DNA from: Mobula hypostoma
Lineage: Eukaryota
Assembly (NCBI RefSeq): GCF_963921235.1
Contig: NC_086118.1
Coordinates: 18,292,001 to 18,356,000, forward strand
Direction: 5' to 3'
DNA: 64,000 nucleotides
Position 1 is the first letter of the stretch, and every line of letters starts with the position of its first letter. Made by a program: the position numbers and the translations under genes. Below the pieces are notes generated by a model. The model had not been told where the DNA came from. It searched no databases and saw only the letters and a program-made list of their open reading frames with translations. This document shows positions 37,314-51,757 of this stretch, one piece after another.

Positions 37314-40300
37314 TGTGGTGATATGATGTGTAAGAATGTGATAGGAGAGAGTTCTAAGCATGCGCAGGGATGATAGAAAGATCGAGAAACATGGTATTGT
37401 AAAAGCCTGTGGTTGTTGTTAAATAAAAGTTCTATTTCTTCCAGAAGATGGTTCTTTATTAGTAACCCACGGTATGTATGAATATAAAGAACACAACATG
37501 ATGTCAGAAGTCGGTCTGGAAGAATAATATGTTTCCTAACATGGGAGAATTGAAGATAATTTTCTGAAAAAAGAGTTCGAACTGTTTTGGTGTTTCCTAA
37601 CAGTTTTACAAATGGAAGGTTTGCAGCCTCCATTGACACTTCAATTGTCTGGGAACGTAGCTAAGAACGGGAGAAAGTTTAAGCAAGTTTTGAATTGTAC
37701 TTATCGGCGATTGATGTGGATCAAAAACTGGAAGAAACGAAAGCTGCGCTTCTACTCCATGCAATAGGTGATGACGCATTTGAGGTATATAATCATTTTA
37801 TTTTTGAAAATGGAGATAATTTAAAGTTAAAATCAATAATGGACAAATGTGAAGCATTTTGTATACCGAAGCGTAATGTGACGTACGAGCGGCATAGATT
37901 TTTTACATGTACGCAGAGAGCTGGTGAAACTATTGATCAAAATGTTATGGAGTTGAGACACCAGAGTAAAACATGTAAGTTTGGAGAACTGACAGACTCT
38001 CTCATTAAAGACAGAATTGTTTGTGGCATTCTGGATAATGGTCTGAGAGAAAAACTGTTAAGAGAACAAGACTTAGACTTGGAAAAAGCTTTGATGCTCT
38101 GCAAAGCTTCAGAAACCGTGACATCACAGGCTAAAGAACTTTTCATTGAGAGCTGCAACGTAGACACTGTGAGGAAGTGCGAACATATTAGAAAAAATAA
38201 TAAAACAACAACAAAACCGACAGAGAGCAAGACATCATCTGAGAGAAAAAAACTATGTGATCACTGTGGGCAGCAGCATCAGCCAAAACAGTGTCCAGCG
38301 TATGGGAAAATGTGCAATGACTGCGGTAAGAGTAATCATTTTTTACGCAGTTGCCGAAGTGGAAAGGAAATAAAACAAGTAAATGCAGTGTTTAAAAATG
38401 AACTTGAGGAGTTTTATATAGATGTGCTTTGTGAAAACAAACAGAATAAAAATGACAGGACTATTCCATCGCAAGTGAACCAAAACAATATTCTGTTTAA
38501 ACTTGATACTGGAGCACAAGTAAATGTCCTTGCAGAATCTGAGTTTAATGCATTAAAGCCAAGACCAAAGTTACATAAGACAAATATAAAATTGACTGGG
38601 TATTCAGGTGCAGACATTCCAGTTAAAGGAACGTGTGTGGCAAAAATATCACACAAAAATATTGTGCACACGCTTTCATTTGTGGTGGTGCCAAAGAACG
38701 TACAGTCAATACTGGGGTTATCTGCCTATGAGAGACTGGATTTAGTGAAAAGAGGTTTAGTCCTGGACAGTGACACAGAGTCAGAATACAATGATTTGAT
38801 GAAGGAGTATGAGGACTTGTTCAAAGGGCTTGGTTGTCTTCCAGGAGAGCACACGATTAAAATGGACAAAACTATGCCACCCATAGTACATCCATGTAGA
38901 AAAGTGCCTTTTGCTTTACGTCATCCACAGAAAACACAGCTTGACAGAATGAAACGGCTAGGCGTCATAAAAAAATTGATGAACCAACTGAATGGGTCAA
39001 ATCGCTTGTCGTCGTTGACAAGAAAAACGGAAAACTGAGGATTGGCTTAGATCCAAGAGACTTGAATTGAGCCATTAAAAGAGAGCATTTCAAATTGCCT
39101 ACTTGTGAAGAAATTATGTCGCAGTTTGCTAATGCAAAGTACTTTACTAAATTAGATGCATCCTCTGGATTCTGGCAACTTAAACTAGATGAACCGAGTT
39201 CAAAGTTGTGTACCTTTAACACTCCTTTTGCCAGATACCGTTTTCTTCAGCTTCCGTTCGGAACTGCATCAGCTCCTGAAGTGTACCATAAAACCATTCA
39301 CATGCTATATGAGCACATTGAGGGCGTGGATACATCCATGGACGATATTATTGTTTGGGGATCATCTAAACAAGAGCATGACGCCAGACTCAGACAAGTC
39401 TTTGAGGCAACACGCAAGGCAAACCTGAAGTTGAATAAAGAGAGATGTCAGCTAGGAGTGACTGAACTTACCTTTGTGGGTGATATCATCTGCAATGAGG
39501 GTGTGCATCTTGATCCACTCAAAGTTTCTGAAGATGAGAACATGCCAAGACCACAATGTAAAAATGATGTTCAAATGTTCATGGAATGGTCAACAACATG
39601 GAAAAATTCATACCCAATCTTTCAGAACAGCTTGCTCCATTGAGGCAGCTAACAGAAAAGAAAAACAAATGGAGCCAGAATCATGAACAGGAGAAGGCAT
39701 GGCAAAATCTCAAGAAGGAAGGAAGGAAGGAACGTCAACTCAGACCTTGAGAGGTCTGTGTCGGGCATTTTCATGCCTTACAGGGTGCAGAAATCTCAAG
39801 AAAGTGCTCACTAAAGAACCTGGGTTGAAATTCTATGATGCTGTGACACCCATCAAAATCTCATGTGATGCATCTCAAGCAGGTTTAGGGGCAGTATTAC
39901 TCCAGAAACATGAGCAGGAATGGCTACCAGTGGCATATGCATCTCGTTCATTATCTGATCCAGAAACAAGGTATGCCCAAATTGAAAAAGAATTGCTCAG
40001 CAGTATGTCTGCTTGCGAGAGATTTCATCAGTTTGTGTCAGGGTAATCTATTGACGTTGAAACTGATCATAAGCCTCTGATTGCATTGTTTAACAAACCT
40101 TTAAGCGACTGTCCTTTGCAAATTCAGCGAATGATGATCAAGTTACAAAGATGTTCATTGAATGTGTCATACACACCTGGAAAATTCATGTACACGGCTG
40201 ACACACTTTCCAGAGCTGTGGATCCAACAACAAAAGACAGTCACAGGAACATTACTGATGTTCAGGTATTTATTGATATGATCATAGAAACTGTACCTGT

Positions 40301-41621
40301 TGCTGCTGAAAAGTTGGAACTGCTGCGTCTTGAGTCAGAGAAGGACAAAATTCTCAGTCAGGTAATACAAGTGGTGATGGATGGATGGCCATATAATAAA
40401 CATGACTGTATCTCAGAAGTACAAGAATATTGGAACCACAGATCAGAACTGTCTATAGTGGATGGCAAATTGTACAAAGGTAACAGAATTGTGATTCCTA
40501 AAAGTCTCCGAAAAGAAATGCTCGGGAAAATTCATGAAGGCCACTTAGGTATAGAAAAATGTAAGAGAAGTGCACAGGAAGTGATGTTTTGGCCCAGGAT
40601 GAATTAAGAGATTGCAGAATTGGTGTCTTCTTGTCAGATATGCCTTCAGTATCAACCTAACAATCATAAGGAGCCACGGCATCCACATCCTAGTCCTCAG
40701 AGTCCTCATCAGAAGGTAGGAGTTGATCTTTTTGTAACTGACAACAAAGATTATCTATTAATAACAGATTACTACTCATTGGATCCTGAAGTGTGTGGTC
40801 TGAGCAGAACAACAGCAGAGAATGTAACTGCATGCATGAAATCAGTTTTTTGCAGATATGGTGTACCTGATGAAGTTTTCACAGACAATGGTTCCACAAT
40901 TCAATGGTGAATACATGAGACATTTTGCTCATGAATGGGGCTTTGTTCATACAAAATCTGGTCTATTTTTCCCCCAGTCCAATGGAATAGTTGAGAAGTT
41001 GGTAGGAATTATCAAGAAACTGATGCACAAAGCAAAAGATAGTGGAGGTGATTTTTATAAAGCTTTGTTAGCCTGTTGCAGTACTCCACTTAAATGTGGA
41101 TTTTCACCTGCTCAGCTCTTGATGGGACGTCATTTGAGAGCCAATCTGCCAATAGATGAGAGCCTTCTGAGAACGGAGGGAAGTGAATAAGTGAAAAGAT
41201 GGAAAGATGAACACAAAGCAAAACAGAAAACATACTTTGACAGATGTTCTCGTCCATTACCTGAACTGCACCAAGGAGATGAAGTGAGGATATAAGACAA
41301 AATGAACACATGGACACAGAAAGCTACAGTGCTTGAAGAAGTACAACCCAGATCATACATGGTCCAAATAGAAGGAGCAGTGTTAAGAAGAAATTGCAAA
41401 GACCTTAAGAACGAGCCAACTTCAGAGTTCAGTTAACTGCTGCAGACCAGACAAAACATGGAAATAACAACGAAACAAAAGAACTGTGTGAACCACTTAG
41501 AAGGTCTACTCGTGTTCGTAAACCCCCAGAAAGACTGATGGAGGCATGTTAAATTATGCATTTGCTCTGGTCAATGTTGCTAATTGTTCTTTTTTAATTT
41601 AAGGAAAGGAAGCTGTGGTGA
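37314..41621 (+). mobile_element. Gypsy (Mag-like) LTR retrotransposon with the 3' LTR deleted
   Basis: 5' LTR at 37314-37498 and PBS tgatgtcagaagt. Gag-protease ORF 37695-39038 (CDHCGQQHQPKQC, FKLDTGAQVNV), then RT (LDASSGFWQ, MDDIIVWG), RNase H (CDASQAGLGAVL) and integrase (HEGHLGIEKC, TDNG). The PPT is followed by only tgtggtga. Confidence 0.93.
39717..39790 (-). mobile_element. 74-bp 5'-truncated non-LTR insertion with a (TTCC)n tail
   Basis: Flanked by a 12-bp duplication aaatctcaagaa (39705-39716 / 39791-39802) inside the Gypsy pol. Confidence 0.75.
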
Positions 41622-44504
41622 CTTGTCATATTCCATCTCAGCAAAATCCTTGTCTGAGATCTCAGTAAGATCTTCATTCCAGGTGAGGATCTTGCTTGAC
41701 CTGTTACATTCCATCGGTGATGCTGGAAGTCTGCCTGTGACTCCAGTAACCAGACTCAGTGTGGTGATGTTTTAACTTAATGGTCTCTGCTTACTGAGAC
41801 ACAAGTCATTTTGGATCTAAATCAGTTAAGATAAATCAGGAGTCTGTCAGTTAAACAAGCAGGGAGAACTTCAGTGCCTGTAGTTATATTTTATGGCATT
41901 TAAATTATACTTAATATTTGTAAGTAGTTACATGTGCATAAATTACAGCAGACACTGAATTGTTGAATTATTTTTCCATGTCTTCATTTAGACAAATGAT
42001 ACTCATTTCATCAACTGCCTTTTCCTGCTTCCCTCAATAACTCTGCTGGTCTTGTGTAACCAGGAGCACCAACATTGTGACACTTGATGTCACAATGTTA
42101 AGGACTGCATCACAAAGCTAAACCACTCCCACGTCATCACATGGCCAGATTGCTTCATGGAAATGCTCTCCTAGTTGGTATGTTTGCAGCATTGACAATC
42201 AGTCCTGTCTCCTTCAGTCCACTGCCCTGCACCAGAACTAGAAATAAGGAATGGAATATCCAACTGTACCAGATACAAGTTCTTCATTACTTATTTCCCC
42301 TAACCCTTCATCAGAAGGTGTCCTTTCTGTTGTTTTCAGGTAATTATTCCCCCACATCTTACAGTGAGAGGAATTTGAGATATTGGAATATGAGATGAGA
42401 CAGACTTTGTGTAAGGTAAGGTTATTACAAGCACAGCAATCTGAAGGGCTTTCTAAATTGATAAAACATAACTAACTTAGCTTCAAATCATTCTATACAA
42501 AATGAAGCATGAAGTGCTTCTGATACTATTAATGGATGGACCCAGTTCAGTTCCAGTTTAGGGTGAAGATAGAAAGTAAATCCCGCTACATATGCTGTAA
42601 GTGCACAAATGACCAAGAAGAGCTGATGCTGTTTCTACTCCACCTGAACAAAAACTGGAGCTGCTGGCAATCTCTGTCAAGTTTCTCACTTCCGCAATCA
42701 CTGAAGCATGCTATTGCATCTTGACTTCTATACTGAGGGTTTTGTTAAATCAACATGCTCACTGAATCTACAGATCATTTCCAATCTCGGTTAGTGCGCC
42801 AGTGATCACCCCTTCCCTCTCTATTTTCCACAGGCACAATTCATCTTTTAATCTAAAAGTGAACAGAGGTAATTCTAGATTCTGCAACTGGAATACCATT
42901 TTTTTAAATATAATTTTTATTGAATTTTCAAAATGAATACATGAAAAGATAGTGTCTACCCTCCCCCCCCCATATATAGTCCTACCTAAAAAAGAAGAAA
43001 AAAAAAGAAGAACCGCCTGGGTATTGGAAGGTTTCCACATGCTCCATGGAATTCAAAATAAATTTGGTATACTTATTCGTTGCTTTCCCCAAGGGACAAA
43101 GATCTTTATCAGAGCACATAAACATGCCATCCTTTCTTTTGTAAATAAGGGCGCCTAATATTCAGAAATGTTATATATTTATCTCTTAAATTATAAGTAA
43201 TTTTTTCGAGTGGAACAGAACTAGCCATTTCATTATTCCAACGATTCATACTTAAACACGAATCAGATTTCCAAGTAACTGCTATAGTCTTCTTAGCTAC
43301 TGCCAATGCAATTTTTATAAATTCTTTCTGATATTTATTCAATTTAAGTTTCGGCTTTATCCCTTCAATATCACCTAATAGAAATAATACAGGGTTATGT
43401 GGAAGTTGAGTTCCAGTAATTTGTTCCAATAAGACTCTTAAATTTATCCAAAAGGGTTGAATTTTAAAACAAGACCAAGTAGAATGTAAAAAAGTACCAA
43501 TTTCTTGATTACACCGAAAGCATTAATCGGATAGTTGAATTTAATTTATTTATTTTTTGTGGTGTAATATATAATTGGTGTAAAAAATTATATTGTACTA
43601 ATCTAAGTCGAACATTTATTGTATTTGTCATACTGTCAAGACGGAGTCTTGACCAATTTGTTTCATCAATATTAATATTCAGATCTGTTTCCCATTTCTG
43701 TTTTGACTTATGGATTCCTTGTTTAATTGTCTGTTCTTGAATCAAATTATACATACAAGAAATAAATTTTTAAATTTTCCCTTTTTGAATTAAAGTTTCA
43801 ATTTCATTAGGTTTTGACAAAAACATTGTTTGATCCAGCTTACCTTTCAAGTAAGCCCTTAATTGAAGGTAACAAAAGAAAGTGTTATTTGATATTTTAT
43901 ATTTATCCTTTAATTGTTCAAATGACATCAATATACCTCGTTCATAACAATCTCTTATAAATTTAATCCCTTTTTGGTACCAATTATATAAAAGTTGATT
44001 GTCCATTGTAAAAGGAATAAGTCTGTTTTGAAACAAAGGTCTCCTTGCTAATAAAGATTTCTGTATTTCATTATCAACATTTATCTTATTCCATAGATCA
44101 ATCAAATGTGTTAATATAGGAGATTCTTTCTTTTCCCGCATCCATTTAGATTCCCATTTATATATAAAATCTTCAGGTCTATTTTCTCCTATCTTGTCTA
44201 ATTCTATTTTAATCCATGCTGGTTTTCAATCATCGAAAAAAGATGCAATAAATCTAACTTGATTTGCTTTATAATAATTCTTAAAGTTTGGAAGTTGTAA
44301 CCCTCCTAACTCAAATTTATATGTCAATTTTTCCAATGATATTCTTGACATTTTACCTTTCCAAAGAAATTTTCTCACACATTTATTTAACTCTTGAAAA
44401 AATTTCTGTGGAAATTGTATTGGTAATGTTTGAAACAAATACTGTAATCTAGGGAATATGTTCATTTTTACAACATTGACTCTACCTACTAATGTTATTG
44501 GTAG

Positions 44505-45376
44505 TGTGACAAGAATACACATAGATTAAGATGTTAGCTGTCCTGTGCTGGCACCAGTGGGATCAGCAGTTGGTCTGCCACCTGTCTTCAGGAGTGAGAG
44601 AGATAAGGAAAACAACGGAGCAGCATTTGGAGATGTTAATGAAGGGACGGGAGAGAGTAACGGAAGGAGAGCTGTCAAGATCGGCTCCCCCTTTGAACCC
44701 TGAACAGTTTGAAGTGATGGACAGGCGATACCCCAGCAGGGGGATAAAAAGGGACAGGTTCGCTAAGGCAAGACACACACACAACACCCCGAGGTAACGA
44801 GACCCTGGAAGCGGTGCGTCTCTCACAAGTCGGTGGGAAGTTTTGGACGGCTGGTCGCGGGACAAGCCATAGACGCACAGGGTGGAAAGGCACGATCGGC
44901 GGGAACCTGGTGTGTGTCCACCCTTGCCTGGGTGCCAGGTTCACCGCAGAGAAACGATCGTATTTGGAAACGGAGGGGTCACAGTCGGTGACCTCAGATG
45001 ACATCACAATGGGCCCGCCCGAAAGCTGACTGCGAAGGTCTGTGTGTGGAAGCCGTTTGAATATTCATTCGTTTTGCTCTCTCTCTCCTTCCCCCCACTG
45101 TCTGTGAACTGAACTGAACTAAATTGAACTGAACTTTGCGTCACTTTGAAACTGGTCGTTTACCCCTAGACAATGATAGATCTTGATTGATCCTGTTATC
45201 TTAATTCTGTGTACGTGTGTGTTTATCATTGCTGAACTGTTGCATTTATTATCCTTTTGATTAGAGTGCTGTGTTGCTTGTTTCTTTAATAAAACTTTCT
45301 TAGTTCTAGTAATCCAGACTCCAACTGAGTGATCCATTTCTGCTGGTTTGGCAACCCAGTTACAGGGTACGTAACA
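44505..45376 (+). mobile_element. Solo LTR of the Gmr1-type family (variant 5' end)
   Basis: TG...CA ends with TSD gtag. The central and 3' parts match the LTRs at 15045 and 19116, but the first ~180 bp differ. Confidence 0.92.
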
Positions 45377-45596
45377 GTAGTATCATCCATTTATCAAGAT
45401 CTTCTTGAATTATTTTCAATAGTGGTAAATAATTAAATTTATATAAATTCTTTACATCATTATCAAGTCTTATACCTAAATACTTTATACCATTTACCGG
45501 CCATCTAAATTGGGTTGCTAACCGACATTGACTATAATCTCCTTTAGTAAGAGGTAAAATTTCACTTTTATCCCAATTTATTTTATAACCTGATAC

Positions 45597-47983
45597 ATAG
45601 AAACATAGAAACATAGAAAATAGGTGCAGGAGTAGGCCATTCGGCCCTTCAAGCCTGCACCGCCATTTATTATGATCATGGCTGATCCTCCAACTCAGAA
45701 CCGCCCCCCCCCAGCCTTCCCTCCATATCCCCTGACTCCCGTAGCCACAAGGACCATATCTAACTCCCTCTTAAATATAGCCGATGAACTGGCCTCAACT
45801 GTTTCCTGTGGCAGAGAATTCCACAGATTCACCACTCTCTGTGTGAAGAAGTTTTTCCTAATCTCGGTCCTAAAAGGCTTCCCCTCTATCCTCAAACTGT
45901 GGTCCCTCGTTCTGGATTTCCCCAACATCGGGAACACTCTTCCTGCATCTAGCCTGTCCAATCCCTTTAGGATCTTATACGTTTCAATCAGATCCCCCCT
46001 CAATCTTCTAAATTCCAACGAGTACAAGCCCAGTTCATCCACTCTTTCTTCATATGAAACTCCTACCATCCCAGGAATCAATCTGGTGAACCTTCTTTGT
46101 ACTCCCTCTATGGCAAGGATGTCTTTCCTCAGATTAGGAGACCAAAACTGCACACAATACTCCAGGTGTGGTCTCACCAAGGCCTTGTACAACTGCAGTA
46201 GTACCTCCCTGCTCCTGTACTCGAATCCTCTCGCTATAAATGCCAGCATACTATTCGCCTTTTTCACCGCCTGCTGTACCTGCATGCCCACTTTCAATGA
46301 CTGGTGTATAATGACACCCAGGTCTCGTTGCACCTCCCCTTTTCCTAATCAGCCACCATTCAGATAATAATCTGTTTTCCTATTTTTGCCACCAAAGTGG
46401 ATAACTTCACATTTATCCACATTAAATTGCATCTGCCATGAATTTGCCCACTCACCCAACCTATCCAAGTCACCCTGCATCCTCTTAGCATCCTCCTCAC
46501 AGCTAACACTGCCGCCCAGCTTCGTGTCATCCGCAAACTTGGAGATGCTGCATTTAATTTCCTCATCCAAGTCATTAATATATATTGTAAACAACTGGGG
46601 TCCCAGCACTGAGCCTTGCGGTACCCCACTAGTCACCGCCTGCCATTCTGAAAAGGTCCCGTTTATTCCCACTCTTTGCTTCCTGTCTGCTAACCAATTC
46701 TCCACCCACACCAATACCTTACCCCAATACCGTGTGCTTTAAGTTTGCACACTAATCTCCTGTGTGGGACCTTGTCAAAAGCCTTTTGAAAATCCAAATA
46801 TACCACATCCACTGGTTCTCCCCTATCCACTCTACTAGTTACATCCTCAAAAAATTCTATGAGATTCGTCAGACATGATTTTCCTTTCACAAATCCATGC
46901 TGACTTTGTCCGATCATTTCACCGCTTTCCAAATGTGCTGTTATCACATCCTTGATAACTGACTCCAGCAGTTTCCCCACCACCGACGTTAGGCTAACCG
47001 GTCTATCATTCCCCGGTTTCTCTCTCCCTCCTTTTTTAAAAAGTGGGGTTACATTATCCACCCTCCAATCCTCAGGAACTAGTCCAGAATCTAACGAGTT
47101 TTGAAAAATTATCACTAATGCATCCACTATTTCTTGGGCTACTTCCTTAAGCACTCTAGGATGCAGACCATCTGGCCCTGGGGATTTATCTGCCTTCAAT
47201 CCCTTCAATTTACCTAACACCACTTCCCTACTAACATGTATTTCACTCAGTTCCTCCATCTCACTGGACCCTCTGTCCCTTACTATTTCTGGAAGATTAT
47301 TTATGTCCTCCTTAGTGAAGACAGAACCAAAGTAATTATTCAATTGGTCTGCCATGTCCTTGCTCCCCATAATCAATTCACCTGTTTCTGTCTGCAGGGG
47401 ACCACATTTGTCTTTACCAGTCTTTTCCTTTTTACATATCTATAAAAGCTTTTACAGTCCGTTTTTATGTTCCCTGCCAGTTTTCTCTCATAATCTTTTT
47501 TCCCCTTCCTAATTAAGCCCTTTGTCCTCCGCTGCTGAACTCTGAATTTCTCCCAGTCCTCAGGTGAGCCACTTTCTCTGGCTAATTTGTATGCTTCTTC
47601 TTTGGAATTGATACTATCCCTAATTTCTCTTGTCAGCCACGGGTGCACTACCTTCCTTGATTTATTCTTTTGCCAAACTGGGATGAACAATTGTTGTAGT
47701 TCATCCATGCAACCTTTAAATGCTTGCCATTGCATATCCACCGTCAATCCTTTCAGTGTCATTTGCCAGTCTATCTTAGCTAATTCACGTCTCATACCTT
47801 CAAAGTTACCCCTCTTTAAGTTCAGAACCTTTGTTTCTGAATTAACTATGTCACTCTCCATCTTAATGAAGAAATCCACCATATTATGGTCACTCTTACC
47901 CAAGGGGCCTCTCACGACAAGATCGCTAATTAACCCTTCCTCATTGCTCAAAACCCAGTCCAGAATAGCCTGCTCTCTATATG
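45597..47983 (-). mobile_element. Young 5'-truncated CR1 LINE inside the L1 RT
   Basis: ORFs at 45695-47983 and TSD gatac. Removing it restores L1 DEYGKVSGYKINW. It is near-identical to 7841-9905. Confidence 0.95.
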
Positions 47984-50866
47984 GATACCTTCCCATATTC
48001 ATCCAATGTAGATGATAATTTACGTAACGAATGTTGTGGGTTTGTTAAATAAATCAAAACATCATCGGCAAAAAGATTAATTTTATATTCCTCCTGATTA
48101 ACTCTAAAACCCATAATATCTGGATCAATTCTGATTAGTTCTGCTAATGGCTCTATCGCCAGTACAAATAAAGCAGGTGATAATGGACAACCTTGTCTCG
48201 TTGACCTTTTTAACTGGAATGGTGTTGAAATTTGAGAGTTTGTCACTATTTTAGCCTTAGGGTTAGAATTTAAAATTTTAATCCAATTTATAAAAGATGT
48301 TCCTAACCCATATTTTTCTAATACTTTAAATAAAAAATCCCATTCCAATCTATCAGATGCTTTTTCTGCATCCAAGGCTACTACTATACTCTTCTCGTCC
48401 CTTTTTTGTGCCAAATGAATTATACTGAGTAGCCCAGTTACATTATCTGCCAATTGTCTAATTTTAATAAATCCTGTTTGATCCATATGTATTAATTTTG
48501 GTAAATATTTAGATAATCTATTCGATAAAATTTTTGCTATTATATTATAATCCGTATTCAATAAAGAAATAGGCCTGTATGATTGTTTGTTTCATAGGGT
48601 CTCTGTCTTTTTTTGGCAATACTATTACAATCGCTGTTGAAAAAGATTCTGGGAGTTTATGTGTTTTTTCTGCTTGACGTATTAACTCCATAAAGAGAGG
48701 AAATAATAAATCTTTAAACTTTTTATAAAATTCAGGTGGAAAACCATCTTCTTCTGGAGATTTATTACTTTGAAGTGATCTTAAAGCTTCTTCAACTTCT
48801 TTTAATGTAAAAGGCATATCTAATCCCATCTGTTCTTCCGAATTCAATTTTGGAAGAGTTACTTGTGATAAAAATCTTTCTATCTCATTAACATCATTTT
48901 GTGATTCTGATTGATATAATTCAGAACAAAAACTTTTAAAGGTTTCATTTATTTCAAGAGATTTAGAAGATATTTTATTTGCGCTTGTTCTAATTGCATT
49001 TATTGTTTTGGAAGCTTGTTCTGTTTTCAACTGCCAGGCAAGAATTTTATGTGCTCTCTCACCTAACTCATAATACCTTTGCTTAGTTCTTATAATTGCT
49101 TTTTCCATTCTATATGTCTGAAGCATATTATATTGTAACTTCTTATTGACAAGTTGCTTTCGTTATTCTTCCGACATATAACTTTGAGATTCTTTTTCTA
49201 ATTTTGTAATCTCTTTTTCTAATTGATCTAATTCTGCCATATATTCTTTCTTAATTTTAGATGTATAACTTATTATCTGGCCCCTCAAATATGCTTTCAT
49301 CGCATCCCATAATATAAATTTATCATCCACTGAATGAAAATTTGTATCCAAAAAAAATTGGATCTGCTTTTTCATAAAATCACAAAAATCTTGACGTTTT
49401 AATAATGTTGAATTAAATCTCCATCTATAAGCCACTTCTTCCTTATCAGTCATTAATAAAGGAGAAGGATCTGACAATATTCTTGCTTTATATTCCATAT
49501 TTTTCACTGTGTTGAATGTGCATTGATAATAGGAAAAAAATCTATCCTTGAGTAAGTTTTATGTCTATGAGAATAGAACGAATAGTCTCTTTCTTTAGGA
49601 TTGATTCTTCTCCATATATCAATCAAATTTAAATCTTTCATCAATGATAAATTTAGATTTACTACCTTCGATTTTATAACAACCTTAGTTGATCTATCTA
49701 AGATTGGGTCTAAGCAAAAATTAAAGTCTCCTCTAATTAATATTTTTTCATGTGCATCCGCCAAATTCAAAAAAGCTTCTTGTATGAATTTTGCATCATT
49801 TTCATTTGGTGCATAAATATTCATAAATGTCCATAATTCAGAGAAAAGTTGACAATGTATAATCACATATCTCCCCGCAGAGTCGGTTATTACATTTTGT
49901 ATTCTAATTGGTAACGTTTTATTGATCAAAATTGCTACTCCCCTCGTTTTTGAATTAAATGAAGCCGCAACACTACCCACCCAATCTCTCTTTAGTCTCT
50001 GATGTTCTGTTTCTGTTAAATGCGTTTCCTGTAAAAAGGCTAAATCTATCTTCATTTTCTTAATATGTGTTAAGATTCTTTTTCTTTTCACTGGTCCATT
50101 AAGCCCATTAACATTAAAACTCAAAAAAAATCAATAAATTAGCCATTATTCTTAACAAAGTTACTCCAATCTAAAACATTACTTATCTTCTCAACACTCA
50201 TAGTTCCTTGGGGAATCTCTTTGAACTTCACCATGTTGCTATGTGCCTCCCTCCCGACCCTCCAGGCAAAAAGTAAAAAATAGATAGAAAAGATACAAAA
50301 AAAGAAAAAACAAAATACCCCCCCACTAATGTTGTGAATGAAAAAATACACAACACTACCCTCCTCCATTTTGCGGGTCGTGGCTAAAGCCACGCTTGCA
50401 CACATGATTAGCATAGCAATTAGTCAGTGCTTCTTCCAGCTCCCCCGCAACAAAAAAAATTATATGTATATAAACAAAATTAATATTACTATTCCCAACT
50501 AGTATTCTTCAAATTTTATTCTTTCTTCCCCCCCGGTATAATTAATAATACATTTATATATTCATCCGCCCAAAAATCCAACAAGTCCATTCTTTGACCC
50601 AGTCTTCATCTTCAATCTATCTCACTCCCCTGGATTTGTTCTTGTATCTGGTGAATATTCAGAGAATCTCGCACAAACTGCTCCGCTTTCTGGTAGTCAG
50701 CAAAAAATCTTTTTTCTCCACCAGCCAAAAAAATCTTCAAGGTTGCAGGATAACGCAATATAAATTGATAACCATGATCCCATAGGATTTTTTTCACTGG
50801 ATTAAATTTCTTCCTTCTCTTCAAAAGTTCATAGCTTATGTCAGGGTAGAAAAAAACTTTATTCCT

Positions 50867-51757
50867 TTAAAGCATCAATGGCCCTTTTCTATTCTTGGCA
50901 GCTTGGGTAGCTGCCTGTAGAATCCTTTCCTTGTCTTGAAATCTTAAGAATTTTATTAAAATCGATCGTGGATATTGGTCATCTTGTGGTTTTGGTCTTA
51001 GAGCTCTATGTGCCTGCTCAATTTTAATTGATCGAACCTCCTCTTTCATTTGCAAAACTTCCGGGATCCATTTTTGAAAAAACTGTATTGGATTTTCTCC
51101 CTCCATACCTTCTTTAAGATCAACAATTTTGATATTATTACATCTACTGAAGTTTTCCAACATGTCCACTTTCTCCAAAAGTCGATTTCTTTCCGAGTTC
51201 CAGACAAGCAGATCATTTTCTGTTTTTTCCACTCTATCATTCATATGCCCCATTGCTCTTTCCATCTTCTGAAGCCTCTTATCCATTTTATCCTGTCTTT
51301 TCATAGCTTTATTATAGCACATCTTCATATCTCTAATCTCTGCTCTTACTTTTCTTAGTTCAGCCACTAATTGCAATAAAGCCTCTTTTATGTCTCCATC
51401 ATCTCCTTTACTTCCAATCTCTTCCAGTTCTTCCTCCTCCTCTTCATCTGTGTTCTCTGCGGAATCCAATTCTGACTCTGAGTCACTTTCAGTTGCAGTG
51501 GCTGTCGGTTCTTGTAGTTTGAGTTGCGTTGATTTGCGCATGCGCTCTTCTTTGCGCATGTGCACTTCCGGCATCTTCTTCCGAGAGACCGCTACCGCCG
51601 CCATTACTCCCTGTTCTATGCCAGAGATAGAATGCATCTCCTCCGAAGGAGATCCAACCTGAGTTCGAGGCTCCATTGTTACAGTAGGCCTTTTTTTCTT
51701 CCCATCTCGTGGCGGCTTCACAACCACAGACTTCTTCTGATGCGGTTTACGAGGCAT
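50867..51757 (-). CDS. L1 ORF1p (coiled coil plus RRM), frameshifted before the C-terminal domain
   Basis: LENFSRCNNIKIV.LKEG.E and IEQAHRAL...PRSILIKFLRFQDKERIL. It continues in 50612-50824 (LRYPATLKI). Confidence 0.85.
   Translation of the reverse strand: MPRKPHQKKSVVVKPPRDGKKKRPTVTMEPRTQVGSPSEEMHSISGIEQGVMAAVAVSRKKMPEVHMRKEERMRKSTQLKLQEPTATATESDSESELDSAENTDEEEEEELEEIGSKGDDGDIKEALLQLVAELRKVRAEIRDMKMCYNKAMKRQDKMDKRLQKMERAMGHMNDRVEKTENDLLVWNSERNRLLEKVDMLENFSRCNNIKIVDLKEGMEGENPIQFFQKWIPEVLQMKEEVRSIKIEQAHRALRPKPQDDQYPRSILIKFLRFQDKERILQAATQAAKNRKGPLML

Noticed and set aside
45672..46742. Long + strand ORFs opposite the CR1 RT (also 7911-8978)
   Set aside because: They are antisense shadows of CR1 ORF2 and are broken differently in the twin copy.
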